A DNA stretch of 64,000 nt, from NCBI GenBank assembly GCA_050250935.1, contig JBFWNS010000002.1:134433-198432 (forward strand), written 5' to 3'. The notes under the pieces are model-generated. The model had not been told where the DNA came from, made no database searches, and worked only from the letters and a program-made list of their open reading frames with translations. Below are positions 46,655 through 56,223 of the stretch, piece after piece. This stretch comes from Candidatus Margulisiibacteriota bacterium. Its GTDB lineage: Bacteria; Margulisbacteria; Marinamargulisbacteria; JBFWNS01. The position numbers and the translations under genes were made by a program. How positions within the stretch are numbered: position 1 is the first letter of the stretch; every line of letters starts with the position of its first letter.

Positions 46655-48388
46655 CTAGGGCAGATTCACTGTAAACTGAGAGCCTTTTCCAACCTCGCTT
46701 TTGACCTCAATAGATCCATTATGGGCTTGAACAATATGCTTGACAATAGCCAAGCCCAAACCGGTACCGCCTACCGCCCTGTTCCGAGATTTGTCGATCC
46801 GATAAAACCGTTCAAACAAATGGGGCAAGTGCTCGGATTCGATGCCTGCACCCTGGTCTTGAACCGTCACAGAAACCCCACCATCGGGCAATGATTCTGC
46901 TTTGAGTTGGACATCGGCCTCGCTGTATTTGAGGGCATTGTCCAGTAAATTAATGATGGCCTGTTCAAACAAACGGGCATTTAAAGCTGCTTCGAGATGG
47001 TCTTCGCAAGACAGTGTCAGGATCCGATTTTGCTGTTGGGCCAGTGGCAAATTCGCTTCTAGGGCGGCTTTTAGAATGGGGGCTAGTTTTTGGGGCTCCA
47101 GAACCATGGCTTCTTTTTCGTTTTCGATGGCAGCAAGGGCCAACAAATCGTCCACAATAGCGCCCAATCGGTCGGTGTGACGTTGGGCCATGGTCAGGAA
47201 TTTGACGCGGTCTGCATCGGAGGGGGCATCGTGAAGGGTTTCGAGAGCCCCTTTAATGGCCGTGATGGGGGTTTTGAGTTCATGGGATACATTGGCCACA
47301 AATTGGCGTCTGGCAGCTTCAAGCTGCTTAAGGCGGGTGACATCATGCAGAATCACCACCACACCGGCCAAGTGGTTATGTTTTGAAAAAACCGTGGCTG
47401 TGGCCGAATAATGGGTTTGGCTATCTGGACCCAACAACTCCACCGCTCCCGTGTTGCCACTGGCCAGAACCCCTTCAACCAAGCGAATAACATCAAATTG
47501 TCGAAAAACCTCTTGCAAGGATTTTCCAATGGCCTTATCCACCTCGAAGCGAAGCCAAGGCGCCACCCAATCGTTGGCGTAAATCAGGGTCTGATCCAAG
47601 CCCACCAACACAATCCCGCTGCCCACGCTATCCAAAACGGCTGCCAGATCTTGGGTGGATTGAAGTCGAACCCGAAATTGTTCCAACAAGGTGTTCATGG
47701 TGTCGCCTAGCAAATAGAGCTCTTCTGCAGCCCCTTCTAGGGGAGGAATCTGGCCACTATTGCCTGCCGACACCTGCTCGGCATGGTGCCGAAGTTTTTC
47801 CATGGGTTTTCCAATGCGGTGGGCGATGGCCAAACTGACAATAATGGCCAACATCACCAAAATCAGGCTCCCTGGCACCAGATGCAAATAGACATCCCGA
47901 AAGGTCGCTTCGATCACGGTAATCGGCAGGGACATCATCACCACACCCCGAATACGATCATTGTCGGTAATCGGGACGGCAACATCCATCATCATTTCAG
48001 CGCGCTTGGCGTTATATTGCACTTGAAATTGTTTGGGCCATTTTAAAGCCATTTGAAGGTCTGTGGGGTTCAGCGCAACCTCGCGATACACCCCTTTGTT
48101 GGTGTCGGCCACCACGGCCCCACCCGGCACAATAATGCGCACCGTTGCCCCCGATTTGATGGCCAGATCTTCGGCCACCCATTGCAGGGATCTATAGTTC
48201 TGGGCCTCGAGCCTGCGGGCAATTTGCGATTTGACAGGTTCGACTTTGGCCTTTAAGCCGGAGGCGGTGTTTTCATCATAAAATTTTCGAAAAGACAGGG
48301 TGGCATACCCCAAAACCAATACAAAGGACACCATGGCCAAGATCAAATAAGACGGAAAAAGCTGCCAAAGCAAAGGACGACGTTTCAT
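46655..48388 (-). CDS. phoR: Phosphate regulon sensor histidine kinase
   Basis: Two TM segments, HAMP/PAS, FVANVSHELKTP, NLLDNALKY and GGTGLGLAI; inside the pst operon. Confidence 0.9.
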   Translation of the reverse strand: MKRRPLLWQLFPSYLILAMVSFVLVLGYATLSFRKFYDENTASGLKAKVEPVKSQIARRLEAQNYRSLQWVAEDLAIKSGATVRIIVPGGAVVADTNKGVYREVALNPTDLQMALKWPKQFQVQYNAKRAEMMMDVAVPITDNDRIRGVVMMSLPITVIEATFRDVYLHLVPGSLILVMLAIIVSLAIAHRIGKPMEKLRHHAEQVSAGNSGQIPPLEGAAEELYLLGDTMNTLLEQFRVRLQSTQDLAAVLDSVGSGIVLVGLDQTLIYANDWVAPWLRFEVDKAIGKSLQEVFRQFDVIRLVEGVLASGNTGAVELLGPDSQTHYSATATVFSKHNHLAGVVVILHDVTRLKQLEAARRQFVANVSHELKTPITAIKGALETLHDAPSDADRVKFLTMAQRHTDRLGAIVDDLLALAAIENEKEAMVLEPQKLAPILKAALEANLPLAQQQNRILTLSCEDHLEAALNARLFEQAIINLLDNALKYSEADVQLKAESLPDGGVSVTVQDQGAGIESEHLPHLFERFYRIDKSRNRAVGGTGLGLAIVKHIVQAHNGSIEVKSEVGKGSQFTVNLP

Positions 48389-49077
48389 GATTTTTCTTCT
48401 TTAAAGCGGTATCCGACCCCGCGGATGGTTTCGATCCAATCGGCGGCAGATCCTAGTTTTTTGCGTAATTTTACCATCAATACGTCCACGGTTCGATCGG
48501 TTACCACATGGTCTTCCCCCCGAACCGCTTCTACAATTTGATAGCGACTGAACACCCATCCCGGTTTTTCGGACAAAAATTGCAGCACTTTAAACTCGGA
48601 GGCTGTTAATTCTATGCGTTGATTATCGACGGTAACCGATACCCGACCGGGATCAATACAAAGACTTCCAAAGCGCCGAAGTGACTGTGGCATTGGCTGC
48701 CCTGTTTCTGACCTGCGAAAGATGGCCCGAATTCTGGCGATGAGCACCTTAAAACTAAAGGGTTTGGCCAAATAGTCATCAGCGCCCAGTTCCAAACCCA
48801 ACACCACGTCCACCTCTTCGGACTTGGCCGTTAGCATGATGATGGGCATGTGGGCCGTTTTGGGGTTGGCTTTGATCTGGCGGCAAATATCCAGACCATT
48901 GGTCACGGGTAACATCACATCCAACACCACCAAATCGGGGGCTGCGGAGAGGGCTGTTTCCAACCCCTTTTCGCCGGAACCCGCGGTGAGAACCTCATAC
49001 CCTTCTTTGGCGAGGTGGTAGCGAATGAGCTCTAGAACATCGGCTTCATCCTCGACCACCAAAATGGTTTTGGCCAT
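48385..49077 (-). CDS. phoB: OmpR-family response regulator (PhoB/PhoP)
   Basis: ILVVEDE, LDVMLP, GADDYLAKPF, RTVDV and IETIRGVGY motifs; start ATG 49077. Confidence 0.9.
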   Translation of the reverse strand: MAKTILVVEDEADVLELIRYHLAKEGYEVLTAGSGEKGLETALSAAPDLVVLDVMLPVTNGLDICRQIKANPKTAHMPIIMLTAKSEEVDVVLGLELGADDYLAKPFSFKVLIARIRAIFRRSETGQPMPQSLRRFGSLCIDPGRVSVTVDNQRIELTASEFKVLQFLSEKPGWVFSRYQIVEAVRGEDHVVTDRTVDVLMVKLRKKLGSAADWIETIRGVGYRFKEEKS

Positions 49078-49835
49078 TACCCAAATTTTCCAGTCAGATA
49101 TTCTTCGGTACGTTTGTCTTCGGGCACCGTAAAGAGCTTTTTGGTTTCGCCAAATTCCACCAATTCTCCCAAATACATAAAGGCCGTATAGTCGGAAATT
49201 CGAGACGCCTGAGCTGTGTTGTGGGTAACCATAATGATGGTGATGGTGTTTTTGAGTTCGAACAGCAGTTCTTCGATGTGGGCGGTGGCCTTGGGATCCA
49301 AAGCCGAGGTCGGCTCGTCCAACAGCAAAATTCTGGGATTCATGGCCAAGGCCCTGGCAATACACAACCGTTGCTGTTGCCCACCAGATAAAAACGTACC
49401 CGTGCGGTGCAGGTTGTCTTTAACCTCGTCCCACAAGGCCGCTTTGCGAAGCGATTCTTCGACAATTTTTTCTTTTTCGGCTTTGGACAAGCGAATGCCG
49501 TTCAGTTGATAACCAGCAATGACGTTGCCAAAAATACTCATGGTCGGAAAAGGATTGGGGCGTTGAAACACCATGCCAATTTTCCGCCTTAACAAAATGG
49601 GGCTGATGGCAAAAATATCCCGGCCATACAGCAGAATTTTGCCTTCGGTTTTGCCGTTGGGAACCAGCTCGTGCATGCGGTTAATACAGCGAATCATCGA
49701 GGTTTTTCCGCAGCCGGAAGGCCCCATGATGGCCGTTAGTTTTTTGCGTTCAAACCGCAAATGAACCCCTTTGAGAATCTCTTGATCGCCGATGCTGTAT
49801 TTTAAGTTTTGAATGTCTAAAACGGCTTCTTTCAT
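49077..49835 (-). CDS. pstB: Phosphate ABC transporter ATPase
   Basis: GPSGCGKT, VFQRPNPFP, LSGGQQQRLCIAR and YLTGKFG motifs. Confidence 0.97.
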   Translation of the reverse strand: MKEAVLDIQNLKYSIGDQEILKGVHLRFERKKLTAIMGPSGCGKTSMIRCINRMHELVPNGKTEGKILLYGRDIFAISPILLRRKIGMVFQRPNPFPTMSIFGNVIAGYQLNGIRLSKAEKEKIVEESLRKAALWDEVKDNLHRTGTFLSGGQQQRLCIARALAMNPRILLLDEPTSALDPKATAHIEELLFELKNTITIIMVTHNTAQASRISDYTAFMYLGELVEFGETKKLFTVPEDKRTEEYLTGKFG

Positions 49836-49841
49836 GGTGAC

Positions 49842-50681
49842 CTACTTTCTGGATACAAAAAACTTGGTGGAGACGTTTAACACAAAAATAACCGATACCA
49901 ACACAAGGGCCGCCCCCCAGGCCATCGTGTGCCAATCCTCGTATGGACTGGTGGCATAATTAAAAATAATCAGAGGCAGCGAACTGATGGGTTTAAACAC
50001 ATTAAAGCTGACAAAAGGGCTTCCAAAGGCCGTAAACAACAAGGGGGCTGTTTCGCCGGCTACCCGGGCAACGCTTAATAGAATACCGGATACTATCCCT
50101 ACCCGGGCCGAAGGAACAACGACCTTTAAAAGGGTTCGGTAATACGGAACACCCAAGCCCAAAGAGGCTTCTTTTAGGGTTTGCGGAATCAATTTAAGGG
50201 TTTCTTCGGAGGTTCTAATGATGACGGGCAACATCATCAGGGCCAAGGCGACGCTACCGGCAAAGGCGGAAAATTTTCCCATGGGCAAGACCACCCACAC
50301 ATAGGCCACCACGCCCACCACAATAGAGGGGGTTCCTTGCAAGACTTCCACACAAACCCGAACCCAATAGGCCAAAGCACTGTTTTTGTATTCAGCCAAA
50401 TAAATCCCCACAAAAATGCCGGTTGGAACTGCCAAAACCGAGGCCAAAAACACCAAGCCAGCAGACCCAATCAGGGCATTCAAAATTCCCCCACCAGGCT
50501 CCCCAACTGGGGCTGGAACATGGACAAAAAAGCTGGGGTGTATGGCTTTGGCCCCACTTGCCACCACATGCCACAACACCAAGGCCAAAGGAACCAACAA
50601 GGCAATCGACAACAACCAAACCAAGCCCTTAAACACGTGGTGTTTAAACAGCCGGATTTGAAGCGTTTCTGCCCCCCTCAT
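49842..50681 (-). CDS. pstA: Phosphate ABC transporter permease
   Basis: GIYLAEY, PSIVVG and ARVAGETAPL motifs. Confidence 0.95.
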   Translation of the reverse strand: MRGAETLQIRLFKHHVFKGLVWLLSIALLVPLALVLWHVVASGAKAIHPSFFVHVPAPVGEPGGGILNALIGSAGLVFLASVLAVPTGIFVGIYLAEYKNSALAYWVRVCVEVLQGTPSIVVGVVAYVWVVLPMGKFSAFAGSVALALMMLPVIIRTSEETLKLIPQTLKEASLGLGVPYYRTLLKVVVPSARVGIVSGILLSVARVAGETAPLLFTAFGSPFVSFNVFKPISSLPLIIFNYATSPYEDWHTMAWGAALVLVSVIFVLNVSTKFFVSRK

Positions 50682-51586
50682 CGTAGACTCAATCGGTTGA
50701 TGATCAACCGCCCAATCATGCTAATAACTGTGGTGACAATAAAGAGCAACAACCCAATTTCGATCAGGCTCGACAAATACAATTGCCCCGTTGCTTCGGC
50801 AAATTCGTTCGCGATAACCGTGGCCATGGTGGTGGAAGGGCTAAAAATGCTGGTGGGTAAAATGTTGGCGTTGCCAATAACCATGGTTACGGCCATGGTT
50901 TCACCCAAAGCTCGGCCCAGGGCCAACAATTGACCGGCAAAAATCCCGGACCGGGCATAGGGCAAAATCACTTTCCACATCACTTCGGTTGGGGTTGCCC
51001 CCAAGGACAGGGCTGCTTCTTTTAAATCTTGGGGCACCAGCTGAATCACTTCTTTGGCCAAGGAGGCACCGTAAGGCACAATCATGATGGCCAATATCAG
51101 GGCCGCTGTAAAAATGCCCACACCATAAGGGATAATGCCCAGCCCAATTTCAAGCTGTCGAACAAAGGGAACCACCACGAACAGACCCCAAAATCCGTAA
51201 ATCACAGAGGGGATACTGGCCAGAACATCCACGGCACTGCCCAAGAAAAAGGCGATTTTACCGTGGCGAAAATACTCGCCCAAAAAAATCGCTATGGCCA
51301 AAGAAAAAGGCAAGGCAATCACACAAGCCAAAAAAGAGGTCAGCAAGGTTCCCAGCAAAAAGGAGAGTCCGCCAAATTCCCCGAATACCGGATCCCAGTT
51401 TTCTTTGTAAAAGAATCCAAATCCATGGTGAACAATGGCCGGCCAGGATTCCACCACCAAGGTCCCCAAAATCCCCAAAAGAATCAGAATCATCACCACC
51501 CCAGAGGCAACCAGGGCTTTCTGAAACACAAATTCTTTCAGATCAAACAGGGCAGAACTGTCTTGGATGACCTCTAGATCCGACAT
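50678..51586 (-). CDS. pstC: Phosphate ABC transporter permease
   Basis: WDP, IPSVIYGFWG and GRALGETMAV motifs. Confidence 0.95.
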   Translation of the reverse strand: MSDLEVIQDSSALFDLKEFVFQKALVASGVVMILILLGILGTLVVESWPAIVHHGFGFFYKENWDPVFGEFGGLSFLLGTLLTSFLACVIALPFSLAIAIFLGEYFRHGKIAFFLGSAVDVLASIPSVIYGFWGLFVVVPFVRQLEIGLGIIPYGVGIFTAALILAIMIVPYGASLAKEVIQLVPQDLKEAALSLGATPTEVMWKVILPYARSGIFAGQLLALGRALGETMAVTMVIGNANILPTSIFSPSTTMATVIANEFAEATGQLYLSSLIEIGLLLFIVTTVISMIGRLIINRLSLR

Positions 51587-51587
51587 G

Positions 51588-52625
51588 CTAGCGCACGGGC
51601 CTCCCGAAATAGGTTAAGGAACTGGCCAAGGTTTCGGCTTGTTTTTGAACATTTTTAGGCAGTGGCGCATAGTCCAAAGGTTTGGCATAGCGCTGGCCAT
51701 CTCGAATGATCCATTTTAAAAGGCCAGAAAGGGTTTCTGCAGTTTGAAGTTTGCGGTTGTTGTAGTTTTGCTCTTTGTACACAATCAACCAGGTAAAACT
51801 GCTGATGGGATACCCCGTTTTGGCAGCAGTATCGGTGATCGACACCCGGGTGTGAGACGGAATGGGAATGGTGGCTGAGGCCGAAATGGCATCGAGTGTT
51901 GGGGCCACATAGGCGCCGCTTTTGTTGCGAATGGCCGCATAGGTCAGCTTGTTTTGCAGCACATAGGCCAATTCGCTATAGCCCACACTGCCTGGTGTCA
52001 GCTTTAACATGCCAGCCACCCCTTCGTTGCCTTTGGCACCCAAACCCAAGGGCCATTTTACAGAGGTTCCTTGGCCCACTTTTTTGAGCCAAGCGGGGCT
52101 GACTTTACACAGATAGTCGGTAAACACAAAGGTGGTCCCACTGCCATCGGAACGGTGAATCACCACCACAGGCAAAGCCGGAATGGCCACGCCGGGGTTG
52201 ACGGCCTTAATTTTGGGATCATTCCATTTTTTAATGGTTCCCATAAAAAGACCCGACACGATTTCTGGGGTGAGTTTTAGGGTTTTAACCCCTGGCAAAT
52301 TAAACACAACGGCAACAGCCCCCATGCAGGTGGGAATATGAAGCAGTTCTCCTGGGGCTTTTTTAAGTTCTGCATCGCTCATGAAGCCATCGGTGGCCCC
52401 AAAATCGACGGTTTTGTTTAAGATTTGGCGAATGCCGCCCCCAGACCCAATGGACTGATAGTTCACCTGAACCTTTTTTTGTTTGGCATACTCGCTAAAA
52501 AGTTTGGAATAAAAAGGATAGGGAAAGGTTGCCCCCGCCCCCAACAACTGTGCAGCCTGGGCTGGAAAAGACATCAACACCGCAACCAAAAGGGACAACA
52601 CCAATTGCAATCGCAAACGCTTCAT
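51588..52625 (-). CDS. pstS: Phosphate-binding protein
   Basis: GAGATFP, YQSIGSGGG, RSDGSGTT and YPISSFT motifs. Confidence 0.97.
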   Translation of the reverse strand: MKRLRLQLVLSLLVAVLMSFPAQAAQLLGAGATFPYPFYSKLFSEYAKQKKVQVNYQSIGSGGGIRQILNKTVDFGATDGFMSDAELKKAPGELLHIPTCMGAVAVVFNLPGVKTLKLTPEIVSGLFMGTIKKWNDPKIKAVNPGVAIPALPVVVIHRSDGSGTTFVFTDYLCKVSPAWLKKVGQGTSVKWPLGLGAKGNEGVAGMLKLTPGSVGYSELAYVLQNKLTYAAIRNKSGAYVAPTLDAISASATIPIPSHTRVSITDTAAKTGYPISSFTWLIVYKEQNYNNRKLQTAETLSGLLKWIIRDGQRYAKPLDYAPLPKNVQKQAETLASSLTYFGRPVR

Positions 52626-52667
52626 CAGGGATCTCCAAAATCTAAGTTTTGAGCTTAGTTAATCAGA

Positions 52668-52689
52668 ACAGTGTTAAGATTGCATTAAC
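52668..52689 (-). promoter_or_regulatory. Putative Pho box
   Basis: Minus strand GTTAATGCAAT CTTAACACTGT: two TTAA(T/C) half-sites with an 11-bp period, about 45-65 nt upstream of pstS. Confidence 0.55.
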
Positions 52690-52738
52690 TTTTGAGGAAA
52701 CCGCTATAGTTTACCCTTCCCCCCCTTTTTTTGAAACC

Positions 52739-53695
52739 CTACAAACTCAAACTCATCCCAGTCTTGAATTGAAGATCGGGGGTGATTTGAATGACATTGA
52801 CGTCCCGAAAAGCTGTCCAAGATAGAGCCGCAAACGTTTGAAGTGCTGGGGTGATGTTCCAGCGAACCCCAGGGGTGATGAACACATAGCGCCCACCTGT
52901 GTTTTCGGTCTTTTCGGTCTTGGCGCTGGCCCTATCCACAAACAGGGTTTGAACCTGAAACAAAGCCGAAAAAGACTTTACCAGTGGATATTCTGTACAC
53001 AACGCCAACAACAGCGACGAGCCTTGGCGATATCCGTCTGTCCCCACACCCGTTAATTTGGATGAGGCTGAAAAAGACAGGGGAACCTCGGCATACAACC
53101 CATCCATCATTTGCACAGTGGCCACTGGCGCACTGAACTCGGTGCCAATCAAAACGTCTGTAGACCCCGACCCAGGTTGTATGGGCGATTCGGCCACACC
53201 CGAGCTGCTGCCTTGATCGGTTTTCCCGGTGGGCAGTTTAACCCCCAAATCCAAGCGCCAGTTAAGGCCGTTTTGGGCATCGGCCTTTTTCAATTTCCAT
53301 TGGGTAACCACAGAAATATCCCCCAATCCTGTAAAATCCCAGGAATCGAAAATTTTCTCGCCATGATGATTGTGAATATGGCTATGCTGGCGGCTGACCA
53401 TGGGTGTGTCCACCCGCAACCCCAACCAATCGGTTAGGCCATATTGAACAAATACGGTAGTCATGCGGTTTAGGGTTTGAATTTCGTCGTGGTGTTCTGG
53501 AACAAATCCCACTGAAGACCGCGAGGACCCCACATACACCGCACTTTGATCGATATACTCGAAATTGACCCCGACTTGAAAGCGATTTTTTGCCATTGAA
53601 GGCCGGATATCAACAGGACAACTTAAAGATCCACAGTTGGCAAACACATACGATGCAGACACAGCCAGTGCCAGCACCACCACAATATATTTCAT
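52739..53695 (-). CDS. Outer-membrane beta-barrel transporter with His/Cys-rich loops (putative metal uptake)
   Basis: Signal peptide then CGSLSC; EHHDE and QHSHIHNHH; GLGDI...LGVKLPTG...QPGSGSTD motifs typical of MetA-pathway/'transporter' barrels. Confidence 0.75.
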   Translation of the reverse strand: MKYIVVVLALAVSASYVFANCGSLSCPVDIRPSMAKNRFQVGVNFEYIDQSAVYVGSSRSSVGFVPEHHDEIQTLNRMTTVFVQYGLTDWLGLRVDTPMVSRQHSHIHNHHGEKIFDSWDFTGLGDISVVTQWKLKKADAQNGLNWRLDLGVKLPTGKTDQGSSSGVAESPIQPGSGSTDVLIGTEFSAPVATVQMMDGLYAEVPLSFSASSKLTGVGTDGYRQGSSLLLALCTEYPLVKSFSALFQVQTLFVDRASAKTEKTENTGGRYVFITPGVRWNITPALQTFAALSWTAFRDVNVIQITPDLQFKTGMSLSL

Positions 53696-53702
53696 GAATG
53701 GA

Positions 53703-53751
53703 CTACTTTCTTAAATTAAAATTAGAGATACAATACGTTTTAAGAAAGCAG
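53703..53751 (-). promoter_or_regulatory. 13-bp stem-loop pairing the leader ORF 3' end with the transporter RBS
   Basis: Minus strand CTGCTTTCTTAAA (53751-53739, includes the leader stop) pairs with TTTAAGAAAGTAG (53715-53703, 7 nt before the ATG), with one G-U pair. Confidence 0.75.
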
Positions 53752-54108
53752 GCTTTTCGGAGGCCTCAACAAGGCTGTAATTGCCGGCATTTTAGGCCAA
53801 AATTGAGCCTCTGGGTTTGGTTCTATAAAATCGGCAGTGGGCCCCAACACAATATCAGGTGCAGCCACCAATTCTTTGGCAAAAACGAATTTAACCAGTT
53901 TTTGTTGAACGTCGTTACAGCCTACCCCTAAGAGTTGCTCGCCATCGGCCAATGGCAGGTGATGGGACGCACAAGTACAGGCCTTCGGCGCACAACAACA
54001 CGAATTTACAGCCTGGCACACCGATTGTTTGGGCGGAGCAACCACAACAGCGGCCTGGAGCAGAAGGGTCATAACCATGAGCAACAGAAGCATCAAACAG
54101 ATTTTCAC
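53740..54108 (-). CDS. Cys/His-rich exported leader protein with C-terminal RPP (DUF2946/CruR/CutF-like)
   Basis: Hydrophobic N-terminus; CQAVNSCCCAPKACTCASHH; Pro-rich linker; ends ALLRPPKSLLS. Confidence 0.65.
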   Translation of the reverse strand: MKICLMLLLLMVMTLLLQAAVVVAPPKQSVCQAVNSCCCAPKACTCASHHLPLADGEQLLGVGCNDVQQKLVKFVFAKELVAAPDIVLGPTADFIEPNPEAQFWPKMPAITALLRPPKSLLS

Positions 54109-54112
54109 AACC

Positions 54113-55267
54113 TTATTGCCCTGCCTTCAATTGCTGCAACAGGAATTGCATTTGGTTGCGCTGAACCGTGGGCAAACGGAAAAGAAGCACGTCTGCTGGT
54201 GGGCAAGTCAGGGCCTTTTCCCAAGCAGCTTGGGCTTCCTTTTTTCGGCCTGCCATGTAGGCATACAACCCGGCTCTGGCATAAAACAATTGGCAATTTG
54301 GGCGCTGGGCCAGCGCTTGTTTAATCTTGGCCATGGCCCCGTCCGTATCCCCATCCAAATAGTTTTGCAACGAATCGCAATAAATTTGATAGACCTGCCG
54401 ATCCGCCTCAGCGCTGACAGCCATGGCCTGCACCGATTCGGGGGATAAGGTTTGCATATACAGCATGCTTAGGTCGTAATAACTGGGTTCGGCTTGAATC
54501 TCGCTGGGACGTGGTGTTGCCATGGAAAATTCTCCCCAGTCCAGGGAAATTTGTTTTAACCCTGTCAAAGCAGATTTGGACCCTGCACCATTGCCTCCCA
54601 AGGGAAATTCAAAACAAGGGGCTAAAACCAGCTCGGAGCGTTTCCAAGACACCAAATTGCTAAGTCCAACCAAGGTAGAGCCAAAATCGAGGGTGATACT
54701 GGCATTAACCTGCCCGCGAACACATTCCAAAGAAAACCGGGGCTTGTCTTTCCCCCCCATATCAAACCCGGCAAAATAGCCCATGCTGCTGTTGGGCATA
54801 TCGTTGGCAAACCCCCGAGAACCCAAGCCTGCGTGCCAGCGACCTCCCAGAAAATCGACACTGGCAACCACATAGCCGGAACAATTGTCGCCAGGGGTAG
54901 TGGACACATTGGGAATCCGAAAATGGTCGTCGCTAGACAAATTTAATAGCCCGGCACCCAAGGCCAAATTACCAGCATTGGGGTCCAGTTGGAAAACGGT
55001 GGCATGGATACTGGTCATGAAGGTCGTTGTGGTATACCAGGTGGCACTGAGCATCAGTTGCGAGGTGACGGGATACAACACGGTTAAATCGAGATTATCC
55101 ACTTGGTCGTTGGTTAAAGAAAGCGTTGGACGAAGGGTAAAATGATCGGTGGAAAACAAGGCGGCCTTGGGCATCATCATGCCACCGGAGGGCAAATAAA
55201 ACCCACTGGCCAAAACCGAAGTCGATAGCCCCATCACCATCAAAACCGCCACCCAAACCTGCTTCAT
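54113..55267 (-). CDS. Secreted hypothetical protein: beta-rich N-terminal region plus C-terminal TPR-like helices
   Basis: Signal peptide; AMAKIKQALAQRPN...YARAG.Y...G....A..AWEKAL TPR pattern. Confidence 0.7.
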   Translation of the reverse strand: MKQVWVAVLMVMGLSTSVLASGFYLPSGGMMMPKAALFSTDHFTLRPTLSLTNDQVDNLDLTVLYPVTSQLMLSATWYTTTTFMTSIHATVFQLDPNAGNLALGAGLLNLSSDDHFRIPNVSTTPGDNCSGYVVASVDFLGGRWHAGLGSRGFANDMPNSSMGYFAGFDMGGKDKPRFSLECVRGQVNASITLDFGSTLVGLSNLVSWKRSELVLAPCFEFPLGGNGAGSKSALTGLKQISLDWGEFSMATPRPSEIQAEPSYYDLSMLYMQTLSPESVQAMAVSAEADRQVYQIYCDSLQNYLDGDTDGAMAKIKQALAQRPNCQLFYARAGLYAYMAGRKKEAQAAWEKALTCPPADVLLFRLPTVQRNQMQFLLQQLKAGQ

Positions 55268-55401
55268 GATTCATTGTCCTTAAAGGAGTTGGATAAAACT
55301 GATCACTATGCTCCCATATTTAACCCGGATTAAACACCCCCTTGAGCCACCCGGATTATGGCTTTAGAATGGTCGTCCTAGCTAACCAAGGAGAAACGAT
55401 T

Positions 55402-56223
55402 ATGACCCAACCCGCACTGCCGCTTATGCATGGAAAAAAAGGCATCATTTTTGGTGTCAGTAACAAGCGTGGTATTGCCCATGCCATCGCCGAGGCCCTA
55501 TTCGCCCAAGGCGCAGATATTGCCTTTACCTATGCCGGCGAAGTGATGGAAAGCCGGGTTCGCCCCATCGCCGAAGAAATGAATGCCAAACTGATTATGT
55601 CTTGCGATGTCACCAGCGACGACGACATTAAGGCTGTTTTTGAGGCCTATGGCAAAACCTATGATAGCCTCGACTTTATTATCCACGCTGTTGCCTTCGC
55701 CAATCGCGAAGATTTGGAAGGTGATTTTTCGGCGGTTACCAAAGAGGGGTGGAATTTGGCCTTGGGGGTTAGCGCCTATTCCTTGGTTGCCATCGCCAGA
55801 GAAGCCAAGCACCTGCTTAAAGAAGGTAGTTCGATTGTGACCCTAACCTATCTGGGCGGGGAACGTGCGGTCCCCAACTACAACATCATGGGTGTGGCCA
55901 AAGCGGCCTTGGAAGCCAGTGTTCGGTATTTGGCCCAAGAAATGGGTCCTGATGGCATTCGCGTCAATGCCTTGTCTGCTGGCCCCGTGAAAACCCTGGC
56001 TGCCAAGGGTATCGGTGGGTTTGATGTGTTGATGAAGGTCAATGCCAAACGGTCTCCCCTTCGACGCAACATCACCCTCGAAGAAGTGGGCAATGCTGGG
56101 TTGTATTTGGCCTCGCACTTGTCGTCTGGTGTTACTGGAGAAACCCACCATGTGGACAGTGGGTATCACGCCATTGCCACGTCCAAAGCCGATGCCTTGA
56201 TCATTGGCATTGATGCCGAGTAA
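55402..56223 (+). CDS. fabI: Enoyl-ACP reductase
   Basis: GVSNKRGIA, SAYSL, PNYNIMGVAKAALEASVRYLA and SAGPVKTLAA motifs. Confidence 0.96.
   Translation: MTQPALPLMHGKKGIIFGVSNKRGIAHAIAEALFAQGADIAFTYAGEVMESRVRPIAEEMNAKLIMSCDVTSDDDIKAVFEAYGKTYDSLDFIIHAVAFANREDLEGDFSAVTKEGWNLALGVSAYSLVAIAREAKHLLKEGSSIVTLTYLGGERAVPNYNIMGVAKAALEASVRYLAQEMGPDGIRVNALSAGPVKTLAAKGIGGFDVLMKVNAKRSPLRRNITLEEVGNAGLYLASHLSSGVTGETHHVDSGYHAIATSKADALIIGIDAE

Noticed and set aside
48385..49365. 326-aa extended response regulator in the ORF track (similar extensions for proC, mreB, the SPOR gene, acs and aspS)
   Set aside because: The extensions overlap upstream genes or promoters; internal starts match family N-termini.
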